From contig PYJD01000007.1 in the NCBI GenBank assembly GCA_003635315.1, positions 13,400 through 77,399 of the forward strand: 64,000 bases of DNA, read 5' to 3'. How positions within the stretch are numbered: position 1 is the stretch's first letter; each line of letters begins with the position of its first letter. The notes below the pieces were generated by a model. The model was not told where the DNA came from and made no database searches. It worked only from the letters and a program-made list of their open reading frames with translations. This document shows, one piece after another, positions 1 through 9,502 of the stretch. The position numbers and the translations under genes were made by a program. This DNA comes from Candidatus Poribacteria bacterium (lineage in GTDB: Bacteria; Poribacteria; WGA-4E; WGA-3G).

Positions 1-2
1 AT

Positions 3-3000
3 AACGCTCGAAACTTTCTCAAGAATCATCAACCTAAAACTTCTCTAAAGTTATTACAGGATCTGAAAAAGCGAACGGGCAAAGATGCTTCGGATGATCT
101 AAAGTTTGGCATTCTAACAAATATGGCAGCTGCTCAGTTTGCCCTAAATAACGAAAAAGAAGCTGCAGAATTGCTTCATGAAGCATTTAAGTATGATTCT
201 GAAAACGAAAAAGCACTTTCTAACCGTGCTTTAGCATATCTCATACAAAAAGAAACGGTAAAAGCTGCTGATTACGCCAAACAGACATTGGCTAAGAATG
301 ATGAAAATACGGATGCTTATGTAATTCTCATTGGAATTGCTGAAGAGGAAGAAACACTTGACGAAGTAATTGCTAAAGTTCCCGACTATTTGCACGATTC
401 CCCACAAATTGCCTACGCTATCAGCGAATTAGCAAAACAACGTGGGAATTTTGAAGCAGCGAAAAGATGGGGTGAAATCATGGTAGACAAGGGAGACGCT
501 CCTGATTTCAAAGCTGCTTACGCAACTATCTTGATTGAGCAAGTTTTAGAAGATAATCTTGCAGTGGGGACCAGTCAACTATATAAAGCACAAAAGGAAC
601 AACTACAACGGGCAATAGAATTACTTACTGAAGCATGGAATAGCATTGCCAATACGGAATTAAGAAATTATAGAGTAGATTGGATCATTAACAGAGGAAT
701 TGCACATTTTCACCTTGGAGAACTGAAAAAAGCATCTGAAGACCTTGATTCTGCCTTAGAAATTGAAGGCTTAAATCCAAGTTTGATTAAAAAACGTGCG
801 TTATTATCTTTTGAGTGTGGAGAAATAGCAGAAGCAATTGAATTATTGCAATCAATACAATCCGCACCAGAAGTTCCAGATGCTCCCATTATCCTTGCTA
901 ATTTTCTCTTAGCAGATGAACGGTTAGATGAGTCTATTACAATACTTAATGATTTTTTGCAGACAGATTTGACACCAGAACTTAAAGAAAAAGCAATGCT
1001 TCTGCTCATTAAAGCATATATTGGTACTGAACGTATTGAAGAGGCAGAGCAAATACTAACACCGATGCTCGAATCATCTCCGACAAGTGTATTAAATCTC
1101 ATTAATGCTGCTCAAATTTCGAGTAAATTGGGAAAAAAGGACAAGGCTGTTTCTCAACTTAAAAAAGCGTACAATTATGCATTAAATAGCAATGATTTTT
1201 TAGAAATAGTGGATTTAGCTTCAGAACTCTTTATCAATAAACAATTCAAAGAAGCTGCTACGTTTTACGAAAAAATTACTGACACAAGCCAGAACTCCCA
1301 ATTGACACAATGGTTAGTACAAAGCTACTATAATTCCGGCGAATTTGAGAAGGCACTTAAGATATGTCAGAAACTTCGTGATAATTATGGTCCACTTGAA
1401 AACATATCCGTGATGGAGGTCGTGATTTATGAGGAAATCGGCGATATGAATCAAGCCGAAACTGTATGTAAAGAGTATATAGAAAAATTTCCAACTGATT
1501 ACGACATGCAAATCCGTCTTGGTATGATTCTCATCCGATCATCTAAAGAGACTGAGGTGGATAATGTGTTAGATACTTTTTCTGAAATCAAAGACTTTTC
1601 ATATGTAAATGATCTTTCTTTGCAAGGATGCTTTGAATTAGCTTTGTTACATCAAATGAGATTTCAACATGAAAAAGCACTCAATATAATGTATGAAGTG
1701 CGAAGAATGCATTTCCATCAACCCGATGCACACCTTTTATATGTCAAGGTTTTCCTTTCAGTTGAAAAGGAAATTCCTGAAGTGCTAAAACCTACTCAAG
1801 TTGAAAAGGATACAGCAGTCAAAATCGACAATTCTGATGAAGACAATTGGTATATCATTGAAAAACGAGAAAATGTAGATCTCAACCGCCATGAATATGA
1901 TGTGAATCACTCTTTTGCTAAAAAATTAACAGGGAAAAACATCAATGACGAGGTGAGTTTCGGTGAAAAAATGTCCGGTATAAAAACTGGAAAGATCGTT
2001 GATATCAAGAGTAAATACGTTCATGCATATCAAGAAACATTAAGAAAATACTCGCATTTGTTTCCATTAGACCAGAACATGGATAATATAAAAATTGACG
2101 ATTCAGATGGAATCGACGATAAAGAAAGATTTGAAAAAATATTTGAATTGATTAGTAAGAGACAAGATGAAATAAATAAATTTGAAAAACTATATAAAGA
2201 AAAAAAACTTACAATCGGTACTTTCACAAAATTCGTCGGAAGTAATAGTTTAGATACATGGGGATCTCTCATGGGTAACCCTGAATTAGGGATTAGATGT
2301 AGTATGGGAGATATTCAGGAAAGAAGCAGTATCCTTAACCGACTTAATGAATCCAAACCTAAACTTGTTGTAGACATTATTTCACTAATCACTTTACACA
2401 GTTTGGATGCTGCGGATATTGTAGTCAATACGTTTGGAAAACTCTGCATTGCTCAATCGACTATTGATGAATTACTGAGTATTATCAGTGAAAGAGAGGG
2501 AATGTGGTTTAATCGCGAGGGAATGGTAGTTGGTAAAAAAGGAAATCGGTATGTAAAACAAATTATCAATCCTGAGGAAATGAAGCAGGGAATAGAATAT
2601 ATAAAAAAGATTGTTCACTGGATTAGGGAGAACTGTGAAGTTGGCGAAGCCACTGTTGGGTCAGAGATGAACCAATTACGCAGGAGGGAACTCAATGACA
2701 TGCTACAACAGCATTTCCTTGATACTATTATTCTTGCAAGCCAACCCGGACACCTACTTTTCTCGGATGATGGACGACTCAGGCATTATGCAAAAACAAG
2801 CCTAAATAACGACGCTGGCACAAACTTTCAAATTGACGGTGTGTGGGCACAAGTTTTATTGGAGCATTGTGTTAAGCAAAATCTCCTTGATAAAGTTGAT
2901 TACAATGAGATGACGATAAAACTTGTTTGTTCAAATTACTATCACACGCAATTTGATGCCGTTTTGTTAATGGAAGTAGCAAAACGTTCAAATTGGAAAC

Positions 3001-3686
3001 TCTCTGAACCTTACAACAGTTTTGTGCTTGCCTTAGGTAGAGAACGCATGAATCTGCAAACAGCATTAGACGTGGCAGTTGATTTTCTTTATAAACTTTG
3101 GGATGAATCAATTTTATTTAGACAAAAAGAATTCTTGACATTGGGTTTATTAACTGGACTTACTTATGGACGGAATGCACACAAAGTATTGAACCGACTT
3201 GAAAATTTAATTCAAAATAAGCATAGACATTTTTTGCCCGTCGAAAACAGTATTCTCAAACGAATCGATGAATTCAAACAAATCTATCCTCTCGAAGATA
3301 ACTTTACGTTTTTGGCAGAAGATGATATTCGTCTTAAAGGAACGCGGGTAGGTATTGAAACTATCCTATACGAATATATTCACAATAGTAAATCACCAGA
3401 AGTAATTGCTGAACGCTACTATCATTCACTCACAGTGGAACAGGTTTACGTCACGATCCTATATTATCTTCAAAATCAAGAAAAAGTTGGTACATATTTG
3501 GATGATTATATTAAATTTTGCCAAACGGCACGAGAAGAACAGGCGAAAAATCCACCACCCGGAGTTATTCGCCTGCGTGAACTTATAGCAGAAAAGGAAG
3601 CAAATTCGTATATACCCGAGCCTACCAATCCAGAAATAGACGCAGCAAGTACTACACAATCCCCAACAGATAATGAATTGGGATAA
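3..3686 (+). CDS. TPR-repeat protein with GreA/GreB C-terminal-like domain, PIN nuclease domain and C-terminal DUF433 domain (5'-partial)
   Basis: The frame is open from base 3 (NARNFLKNHQPK...) into the 123..3686 ORF, so the true start lies before the window. TPR-like helical repeats are followed by a GreAB-C-like segment (HEYDVNHSFAKKLTGKNINDEVSF, ~1790-2010). PIN acidic motifs follow (LVVDIIS, STIDELL, LDTIILA, LFSDDGRLR, ~2355-2810), then DUF433 (DDIRLKGTRVGIETIL...SLTVEQVYVTILYY, ~3291-3603). Confidence 0.8.
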   Translation, partial: NARNFLKNHQPKTSLKLLQDLKKRTGKDASDDLKFGILTNMAAAQFALNNEKEAAELLHEAFKYDSENEKALSNRALAYLIQKETVKAADYAKQTLAKNDENTDAYVILIGIAEEEETLDEVIAKVPDYLHDSPQIAYAISELAKQRGNFEAAKRWGEIMVDKGDAPDFKAAYATILIEQVLEDNLAVGTSQLYKAQKEQLQRAIELLTEAWNSIANTELRNYRVDWIINRGIAHFHLGELKKASEDLDSALEIEGLNPSLIKKRALLSFECGEIAEAIELLQSIQSAPEVPDAPIILANFLLADERLDESITILNDFLQTDLTPELKEKAMLLLIKAYIGTERIEEAEQILTPMLESSPTSVLNLINAAQISSKLGKKDKAVSQLKKAYNYALNSNDFLEIVDLASELFINKQFKEAATFYEKITDTSQNSQLTQWLVQSYYNSGEFEKALKICQKLRDNYGPLENISVMEVVIYEEIGDMNQAETVCKEYIEKFPTDYDMQIRLGMILIRSSKETEVDNVLDTFSEIKDFSYVNDLSLQGCFELALLHQMRFQHEKALNIMYEVRRMHFHQPDAHLLYVKVFLSVEKEIPEVLKPTQVEKDTAVKIDNSDEDNWYIIEKRENVDLNRHEYDVNHSFAKKLTGKNINDEVSFGEKMSGIKTGKIVDIKSKYVHAYQETLRKYSHLFPLDQNMDNIKIDDSDGIDDKERFEKIFELISKRQDEINKFEKLYKEKKLTIGTFTKFVGSNSLDTWGSLMGNPELGIRCSMGDIQERSSILNRLNESKPKLVVDIISLITLHSLDAADIVVNTFGKLCIAQSTIDELLSIISEREGMWFNREGMVVGKKGNRYVKQIINPEEMKQGIEYIKKIVHWIRENCEVGEATVGSEMNQLRRRELNDMLQQHFLDTIILASQPGHLLFSDDGRLRHYAKTSLNNDAGTNFQIDGVWAQVLLEHCVKQNLLDKVDYNEMTIKLVCSNYYHTQFDAVLLMEVAKRSNWKLSEPYNSFVLALGRERMNLQTALDVAVDFLYKLWDESILFRQKEFLTLGLLTGLTYGRNAHKVLNRLENLIQNKHRHFLPVENSILKRIDEFKQIYPLEDNFTFLAEDDIRLKGTRVGIETILYEYIHNSKSPEVIAERYYHSLTVEQVYVTILYYLQNQEKVGTYLDDYIKFCQTAREEQAKNPPPGVIRLRELIAEKEANSYIPEPTNPEIDAASTTQSPTDNELG

Positions 3687-3849
3687 AATAACGCAATAAG
3701 TAGTTTGGGATTGAGGGAAATTTTAGAAAATCGCTCTGTCCCTTAATTTTATTAAGTTTTGGCTTGTTTAATTTAATATTTACATAAAATGGGGCGGTAA
3801 CCGCCACCCCACTCCATGAAACAGAATTGCTCCACAAAGGAAAGTTGCA

Positions 3850-4920
3850 ATGAATTCTTATGAAAGACATGAACTAAAGGATTACGAAAATGCAAAACTA
3901 CGAGTTCCATTTGCCTTTGATGAAGAGAGGTTATGCGCCCCTAAGACAGCAGAGAAGGGGAAACATTATTTTTGTCCAGGTTGTCAAGATACAGTGATTC
4001 TAAAAAAAGGTGAGGTGAAGGCGGCGCATTTTGCTCATAAGGCAAGTAAAACTTGTAATCAGGAAACGATTGTTCATAAGACTGCCAAAAATCTAATTGT
4101 TAAGATGATTTCTGATTGGAAGGCGGGAAAGACTGAGTCACCCAAATTGAGAAGGAAGTGTGGATTTAAATTTGATTTTGGCCTTTATGGTGAGAAAACT
4201 TGTGAAGAAACCTGCGATCAACCTATGCCTGATAAAGTAGAGCAAGCGGTTACAGAATATAGGATGTCTAATGGATTTATTGCAGATGTCGCTTTAATGG
4301 TTGAAAACGAACCTGCTCTTGCAATAGAAATCAGGGTCACACATGCTGTAGATGAAAATAAGGCACATTCGCTTTCAGTGCCGTTTATTGAATTGGATGG
4401 ACACACAGTCTTAGAAAAACCTAATCATTTTGATCCAATTCGTGACAACAAATTGAACCCATTTACTTGTAATACATGCAAGCATGCTGAACCCAAATTT
4501 GAGGACAAAGTTACCAAGGTTGTCAAGCAAACTCGTATAAAACTCCCTGACCGTGATAGCTGTTACTACCGATATGGAATTGATAAATGCTGGAATTGTC
4601 AACGCGAAATTATCTTATATACTTGGCCTGGAGATGACTGGGATACCTCACCCCCTAAGAAAAAACCGATCCCACAAACGATTAAATTTTGTTATTCACG
4701 AACTATTGGTCACAAGTATTGGGCTAACACTTGTCCATGCTGCAAGCGGATTCAAGGGGATTTTTTCCTATATGGATCTAATTTGTTTCCTTTTTCCAGA
4801 AATGACATGGTGGATTCGCCAGATGCATATCGTCAAGACATGCAAAAGATCGTGTTTTGTGCCAGGTTTAACAGGATGCTTGAAAAAACTAATCCCGCAT
4901 CTACTCATTGCGTAAAATAA
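3850..4920 (+). CDS. CoiA-like PD-(D/E)xK nuclease family protein with Zn-binding motifs
   Basis: N-terminal FCPGC...HFAH and ETIVHKTAK; nuclease core EYR...IADV...AIEIRVTH; C-terminal CWNC and CPCC Zn-ribbon motifs. Confidence 0.7.
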   Translation: MNSYERHELKDYENAKLRVPFAFDEERLCAPKTAEKGKHYFCPGCQDTVILKKGEVKAAHFAHKASKTCNQETIVHKTAKNLIVKMISDWKAGKTESPKLRRKCGFKFDFGLYGEKTCEETCDQPMPDKVEQAVTEYRMSNGFIADVALMVENEPALAIEIRVTHAVDENKAHSLSVPFIELDGHTVLEKPNHFDPIRDNKLNPFTCNTCKHAEPKFEDKVTKVVKQTRIKLPDRDSCYYRYGIDKCWNCQREIILYTWPGDDWDTSPPKKKPIPQTIKFCYSRTIGHKYWANTCPCCKRIQGDFFLYGSNLFPFSRNDMVDSPDAYRQDMQKIVFCARFNRMLEKTNPASTHCVK

Positions 4921-5903
4921 TGTCAGATAATCCTCTCGTGAATCTTGAAGGTTTAACAAAACCTGTTAGCGACCTGGGTATAGCTCTAATTGATAAAATA
5001 GGGGATGCTACAGGCATACTTTATGAACCTACACGCATCAAACGAAGAGCTAAAGCTGAAGCCAAAGCTGCAATGATTCAAGCTGAAGCCAAAATTGAGA
5101 TAACCGATCTGCAACAACGCGCAGTACGTCGTTGGATTGAAGAGGAAGTACAACGTCAGGAAAGCATTGAAAACATCATTACAAAATCATTCAACAAGTT
5201 AAACGAAGATGCAGATCCTAATGCAATAGAGGACGATTGGATAATCAAATTCTTTGATAAATGTCGATTAGTAACCGATGATAATGTGCAAGATTTATGG
5301 GCAAGCATTTTAGCAGGTGAAGCCAATAGTGCGGGATCTTATTCACCTAAGACCTTGACAACTTTAGCAGATATGAACCAAAAAGATTTGATCTTATTTA
5401 ACACTTTTTGTTCGTTATGCGTCGTGTATTTAGAAAACCCTGATGTATTTCTGAAGTCGCCATCTACTTTTAAAATTAGAACGGCGAGAGTTCCTGTATT
5501 AAGAGGCAGTATAACCGATGTGGCTACCCTTACGGGTCGTCCTAATCAGGATATGGATAAATTTGCTCGAAAATCTAAGTCTATATATCAAGAATATGGT
5601 TTTGGTGCTGACGAGTTTCAATTATTGTCAGAACATGGACTTATCCTAGATGAAACCTATAGTGCATACTCACATTTTTGGTATAATAACGAACTCTATT
5701 TACCTGTGAATCCATCTGCTAATTCCCCATTTAATGAAGAAGATTACCAACAGATTAATATAACAGGATATTGCTTATCTTCCGTTGGGAGAGAGTTATT
5801 CCATATCACAAAACGTGACAACCCACCTGAATATCTTAAACATCTAATTGATTTTTTACAAGAATATTACAGTGTAAAAATAGTTAAGATCTCTAAATCG
5901 TAG
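4920..5903 (+). CDS. DUF2806 domain-containing protein
   Basis: Motifs EEVQRQESIENI, DDWIIKFFD and LWASILAGE...GSYS..TL..L. The ATG at 4920 overlaps the upstream TAA (TAATG); the track starts at 4908. Confidence 0.7.
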   Translation: MSDNPLVNLEGLTKPVSDLGIALIDKIGDATGILYEPTRIKRRAKAEAKAAMIQAEAKIEITDLQQRAVRRWIEEEVQRQESIENIITKSFNKLNEDADPNAIEDDWIIKFFDKCRLVTDDNVQDLWASILAGEANSAGSYSPKTLTTLADMNQKDLILFNTFCSLCVVYLENPDVFLKSPSTFKIRTARVPVLRGSITDVATLTGRPNQDMDKFARKSKSIYQEYGFGADEFQLLSEHGLILDETYSAYSHFWYNNELYLPVNPSANSPFNEEDYQQINITGYCLSSVGRELFHITKRDNPPEYLKHLIDFLQEYYSVKIVKISKS

Positions 5904-6044
5904 AATTTTACACAACAGATTTTTTAGAAAGAAGAGAAAGCTGATTAAAATGGGTCTTGATGAAAAACACAAACTAAGAATTGATATGAGAATTAGAAAA
6001 GCCAGCTATCAGTGATTTTTTATGATTCTTATCGAAGACATACA

Positions 6045-7280
6045 ATGAAAAATATGAATTTACCAGAGCATTGGAAAGTCATACGACTATCGAATCAAGA
6101 TTTATTCAGTTTTGAAAATGGTATTTGGAAAGGAAAAAAAGCACCATTTGAAGAATGTGCTGTTGTAAGAAACACTAATTTTACCAGTGACGGATACCTT
6201 GACTTAACAGACGTAGCAGTCTTACCTATAGAACAAAGGTATTTGGATAAGAAAAAACTGAAATGGGGTGATATTGTTATTGAACGATCTGGAGGCGGTC
6301 CTGAGCAACCCGTTGGTAGAGTAGTGTTCTTTAATATTAAAGATGGTATATATTGTTTTAGTAATTTCACAAGTCGGTTGAGAGTAATTGATAAAAACAC
6401 AATTACCCCTATTTACCTATTTTTCTATCTTCTGTATTTGCATGATTCAGGTCAAACAAGGAAATTGCAAAAACGTACGACAGGGATACGTAACTTAATT
6501 TTTGGAGATTACAAAGAATCCGAAATCCCCCTTCCTCCACTCCCCGAACAACGCGCCATTGCCCACATCCTACAAACAATCCAAGAAGCAAAGTTCACCC
6601 GAAAACGCGAAATTGAATTAGAACGGGAACGCAAAGCAGCGTTGATGGATTATCTCTTTACACACGGCACGAAAGGTGAACCCCACAAGCAGACGGAAAT
6701 CGGCGAGATTCCTGAGAGTTGGCAAGTGACAAAGTTGGGTGACTTAGTAAAGTTGAAAAGTGGGGAGTCACGTCCAAAGGATATAAAAAATAAACCCGAT
6801 TCCGAGCGAACTATTCCAGTATATGGCGGAAATGGCATTTTAGGGTATACAACCAAAAAGTTCAGCGATCAAAGGCTTCTTGTAATTGGACGTGTTGGCG
6901 CATATTGCGGTTGTGTCCATATAGCGGAGTGCCCTAATTGGATTACTGATAATGCTTTATATCCAGAGAAATGGTTTTGCAATGAAGTTTCTCTTGATTT
7001 TCTTGCAGAACAATTAAGGCACTGTAATTTGAATAAACTTCAAAGGAGAGGAGGACAACCATTGATCACACAGAGCATTCTTCATCAATTCAAAATACCG
7101 CTACCCCCACTTTCAGAACAACGCGCGATTGCCGAAATATTACAAAACTTTGAGAATAAAATTGCAGCCCTTGAACGAGAAGTTGAACTCATAGATGAAC
7201 TCTTCCACGCCATGCTTGAAGAACTGATGACAGGACAACGGTCTGCTGTCCCACTGATTGATACCAAATTGCCGAACTAA
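6045..7280 (+). CDS. hsdS: Type I restriction-modification specificity subunit
   Basis: Two TRDs, each followed by the conserved PLPPL.EQRAIA motif, with central KQTEIGEIPESW. Likely ATG at 6045 (track GTG 6012). Confidence 0.95.
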   Translation: MKNMNLPEHWKVIRLSNQDLFSFENGIWKGKKAPFEECAVVRNTNFTSDGYLDLTDVAVLPIEQRYLDKKKLKWGDIVIERSGGGPEQPVGRVVFFNIKDGIYCFSNFTSRLRVIDKNTITPIYLFFYLLYLHDSGQTRKLQKRTTGIRNLIFGDYKESEIPLPPLPEQRAIAHILQTIQEAKFTRKREIELERERKAALMDYLFTHGTKGEPHKQTEIGEIPESWQVTKLGDLVKLKSGESRPKDIKNKPDSERTIPVYGGNGILGYTTKKFSDQRLLVIGRVGAYCGCVHIAECPNWITDNALYPEKWFCNEVSLDFLAEQLRHCNLNKLQRRGGQPLITQSILHQFKIPLPPLSEQRAIAEILQNFENKIAALEREVELIDELFHAMLEELMTGQRSAVPLIDTKLPN

Positions 7281-7491
7281 CAGATGTCCTCGACAACAAA
7301 CGTGGTCTTGTAAAAATAATATTACATAATGATTGTGTGCTTCCACTTTCGCAACTGAATACCTCTGGTGAGATGTTGTAGTCGGTTGCGATTTTGGGTA
7401 TGATATGCTAAAATTCCACACAGGATTTTAGTAGACGACCCAATTAACAGCAGAACGCTTGAAATTAATTGAGGATGGGATAGACAGCAAA

Positions 7492-9075
7492 ATGAGATGT
7501 TTTGAAACGCGTGGTCCTGTATATCCTGAAGATAACTACGTCGTTGCACGCACAGACGAACTTTCGGATTTTGTCAATCGGTTGGAAAAGGGACGGTATA
7601 TCGTCCTTTTTGCCCCACGGCAGACAGGAAAAACCACGTTCTTCCGCAGTGCTTTAGATAAGCTCGCAGCCGAGACGTATTTCCCAATTCAGATTGATTT
7701 TCAAGCGTCCAACAACCTTGAACCTTTCGAGTTTTATGAAGGCATTTACGACGATATTCGCGAGGAGATAGAGAATGTTTTTCAAAGACGCGGCAGCATG
7801 CCTTCTGAAGCTTTAGAGCAACTTTTAGACAACACAAAACTCACCAACCATCTTTCTATGCGAAGGTTTTTTAGGCGACTTTCAGATGTGCTGGAAAATC
7901 AGAAGGTTGTCCTGATCATTGACGAATTTGACGGTATCCCCCGGACGGTTGTAAGCGATTTTCTATATACACTCCGCCACATCTACCTCTCCAGAAAGCA
8001 TCGATCCCCACATACCGTCGGCATCGTCGGGGTCAAGAGTATTACCCAGCTGAACTACGATCGCTCTATTTCTCCCTTCAACATCCAGGATGAGTTCAAA
8101 TTGCCCAATTTCACCCTGGATCAGGTGCACGAGCTGCTTTCGCAATACACAGAAGAAGTGGGGCAGCCCTTCGATCCCGCGGTTATTGAATCTATTCACA
8201 AACAGACTGCTGGACAACCCGTACTCGTCAATCGATTCGCGCAGATCCTTACAGAGGAATTGGACATTGCCAAAAGTGACCCAATCACAATGCAACACTT
8301 TTCAAAGGCACATGTCCAACTTCTTCGCGAAGGACATACGAACATTGATCACCTGATAACCAATATCCGTAGGAATCGACGGTTTGAGTCGCTCCTTATG
8401 AAAATCGCATCTTATGATGAAGGCACAGAATTCAACCTTTACAATGAACTCATCAATGAACTCGCCACTTATGGTGTCATCGCCGAAGGGGATGACGGTA
8501 TGTGTGAAATTGTCAATCCGATTTATCACTATTGCATCATACGGGCATTCAAACCGATAGTTAATGGATTGGAGCAGGAATATTTACCAGAAGACAATCG
8601 CGCAGGATTTCAGGACTACCTCACACCGGATGGTCAGATTCAGATGGCAGCACTTCTTGACAACTTCCGTGACTTTATTGCACGCGCAGGCTTCAAGATT
8701 CTACAAGTGCCAGACACACCCCGAGAATATGTTGGGCAGCACCTTCTCTTTGCCTATCTGGAGCAGTTTGTACAGATTGTGGGTGGGACGTTATATTTAG
8801 AAGTACAAACAGGACGCGGCAGAATAGACATCCTTATCCTTCATCATCAAAGAAAATACATCGTTGAAACAAAGATCTGGGGAGGCGAAATACGTTATCA
8901 GGCAGGTAAGACACAACTCGCTGCGTACGTTAAACTCGAAAAGGCAGTAGACGGATGCTACGTCGTGTTTGACCATCGTAAAGAGCCAGAACCCCGCGTA
9001 GAGACAGAGATACTCGACGGCTCTACAATTCGGAGTTATGTGATTCCAGTAATACAAGAACGTCCATCGACTTGA
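7492..9075 (+). CDS. AAA-like (AAA_35-type) ATPase with C-terminal PD-(D/E)xK nuclease-like domain
   Basis: Walker A FAPRQTGKTT, Walker B LIIDEFD, C-terminal EVQTGRGRIDIL...IVETK. ATG at 7492 gives the family-typical N-terminus MRxFxTxGPV. Confidence 0.8.
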   Translation: MRCFETRGPVYPEDNYVVARTDELSDFVNRLEKGRYIVLFAPRQTGKTTFFRSALDKLAAETYFPIQIDFQASNNLEPFEFYEGIYDDIREEIENVFQRRGSMPSEALEQLLDNTKLTNHLSMRRFFRRLSDVLENQKVVLIIDEFDGIPRTVVSDFLYTLRHIYLSRKHRSPHTVGIVGVKSITQLNYDRSISPFNIQDEFKLPNFTLDQVHELLSQYTEEVGQPFDPAVIESIHKQTAGQPVLVNRFAQILTEELDIAKSDPITMQHFSKAHVQLLREGHTNIDHLITNIRRNRRFESLLMKIASYDEGTEFNLYNELINELATYGVIAEGDDGMCEIVNPIYHYCIIRAFKPIVNGLEQEYLPEDNRAGFQDYLTPDGQIQMAALLDNFRDFIARAGFKILQVPDTPREYVGQHLLFAYLEQFVQIVGGTLYLEVQTGRGRIDILILHHQRKYIVETKIWGGEIRYQAGKTQLAAYVKLEKAVDGCYVVFDHRKEPEPRVETEILDGSTIRSYVIPVIQERPST

Positions 9076-9177
9076 TGGAAGTTGCCTTGACACAGTATCT
9101 GCCATATAATCTAATAGTTGAATAAGATGAGTCATATTAGACGGCATCGTTACAATATTCACACTTATCAATTTTTC

Positions 9178-9206
9178 TTGACAAACGAAATTATCAGTGT
9201 TAATAT
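9178..9206 (+). promoter_or_regulatory. Sigma70-type promoter upstream of hicA
   Basis: TTGACA (9178-9183), 17 nt, then TG-n-TAATAT (9201-9206). A second candidate is TTGCCT-N17-TATAAT at 9082-9110. Confidence 0.55.
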
Positions 9207-9302
9207 TATTATCACACAGAAAACAATTTGGGTATACAAGCGTAACGCGCTATTGTATCTGTACAACGCTGCAGTTGTAAGAACGTTGGATAGACTGGGG
9301 TT

Positions 9303-9488
9303 ATGAAGTATAGAGATGTCATAAAACTTATCGAAGAAGATGGGTGGTATTATACAAAGACACGAGGCAGTCATCGCTATTTTAAGCATCCAACAAAAGT
9401 GGGAAAAGTGACAGTTTCAGGTAAAATGGGCAAAGATGTTCCAAAGGGTTTACTCAACCGCATTCTAAAACAAGCAGGACTCAAGTAA
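9303..9488 (+). CDS. hicA: HicA family toxin (type II TA mRNA interferase)
   Basis: 61 aa with the family pattern ...GWYYTKTRGSHRYFKHP...GLLNRILKQAGL; the catalytic GSH histidine is retained. Confidence 0.92.
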   Translation: MKYRDVIKLIEEDGWYYTKTRGSHRYFKHPTKVGKVTVSGKMGKDVPKGLLNRILKQAGLK

Positions 9489-9502
9489 TGAGGGATAAAC
9501 GA

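Noticed and set aside
5904-7490. Phase-variable (invertible) hsdS locus or an hsdM fragment
   Set aside because: No second hsdS, no recombinase, no long inverted repeats and no methyltransferase motifs were seen.
9262-9279. TACAAC-N6-GTTGTA palindrome as a HicB operator
   Set aside because: Only 6-bp arms, and the fused HicB shows no recognisable DNA-binding domain.
9118-9389. Short ORFs 9118..9306 (+) and 9168..9389 (-)
   Set aside because: They overlap the hicA promoter and gene and have no protein-like signal.
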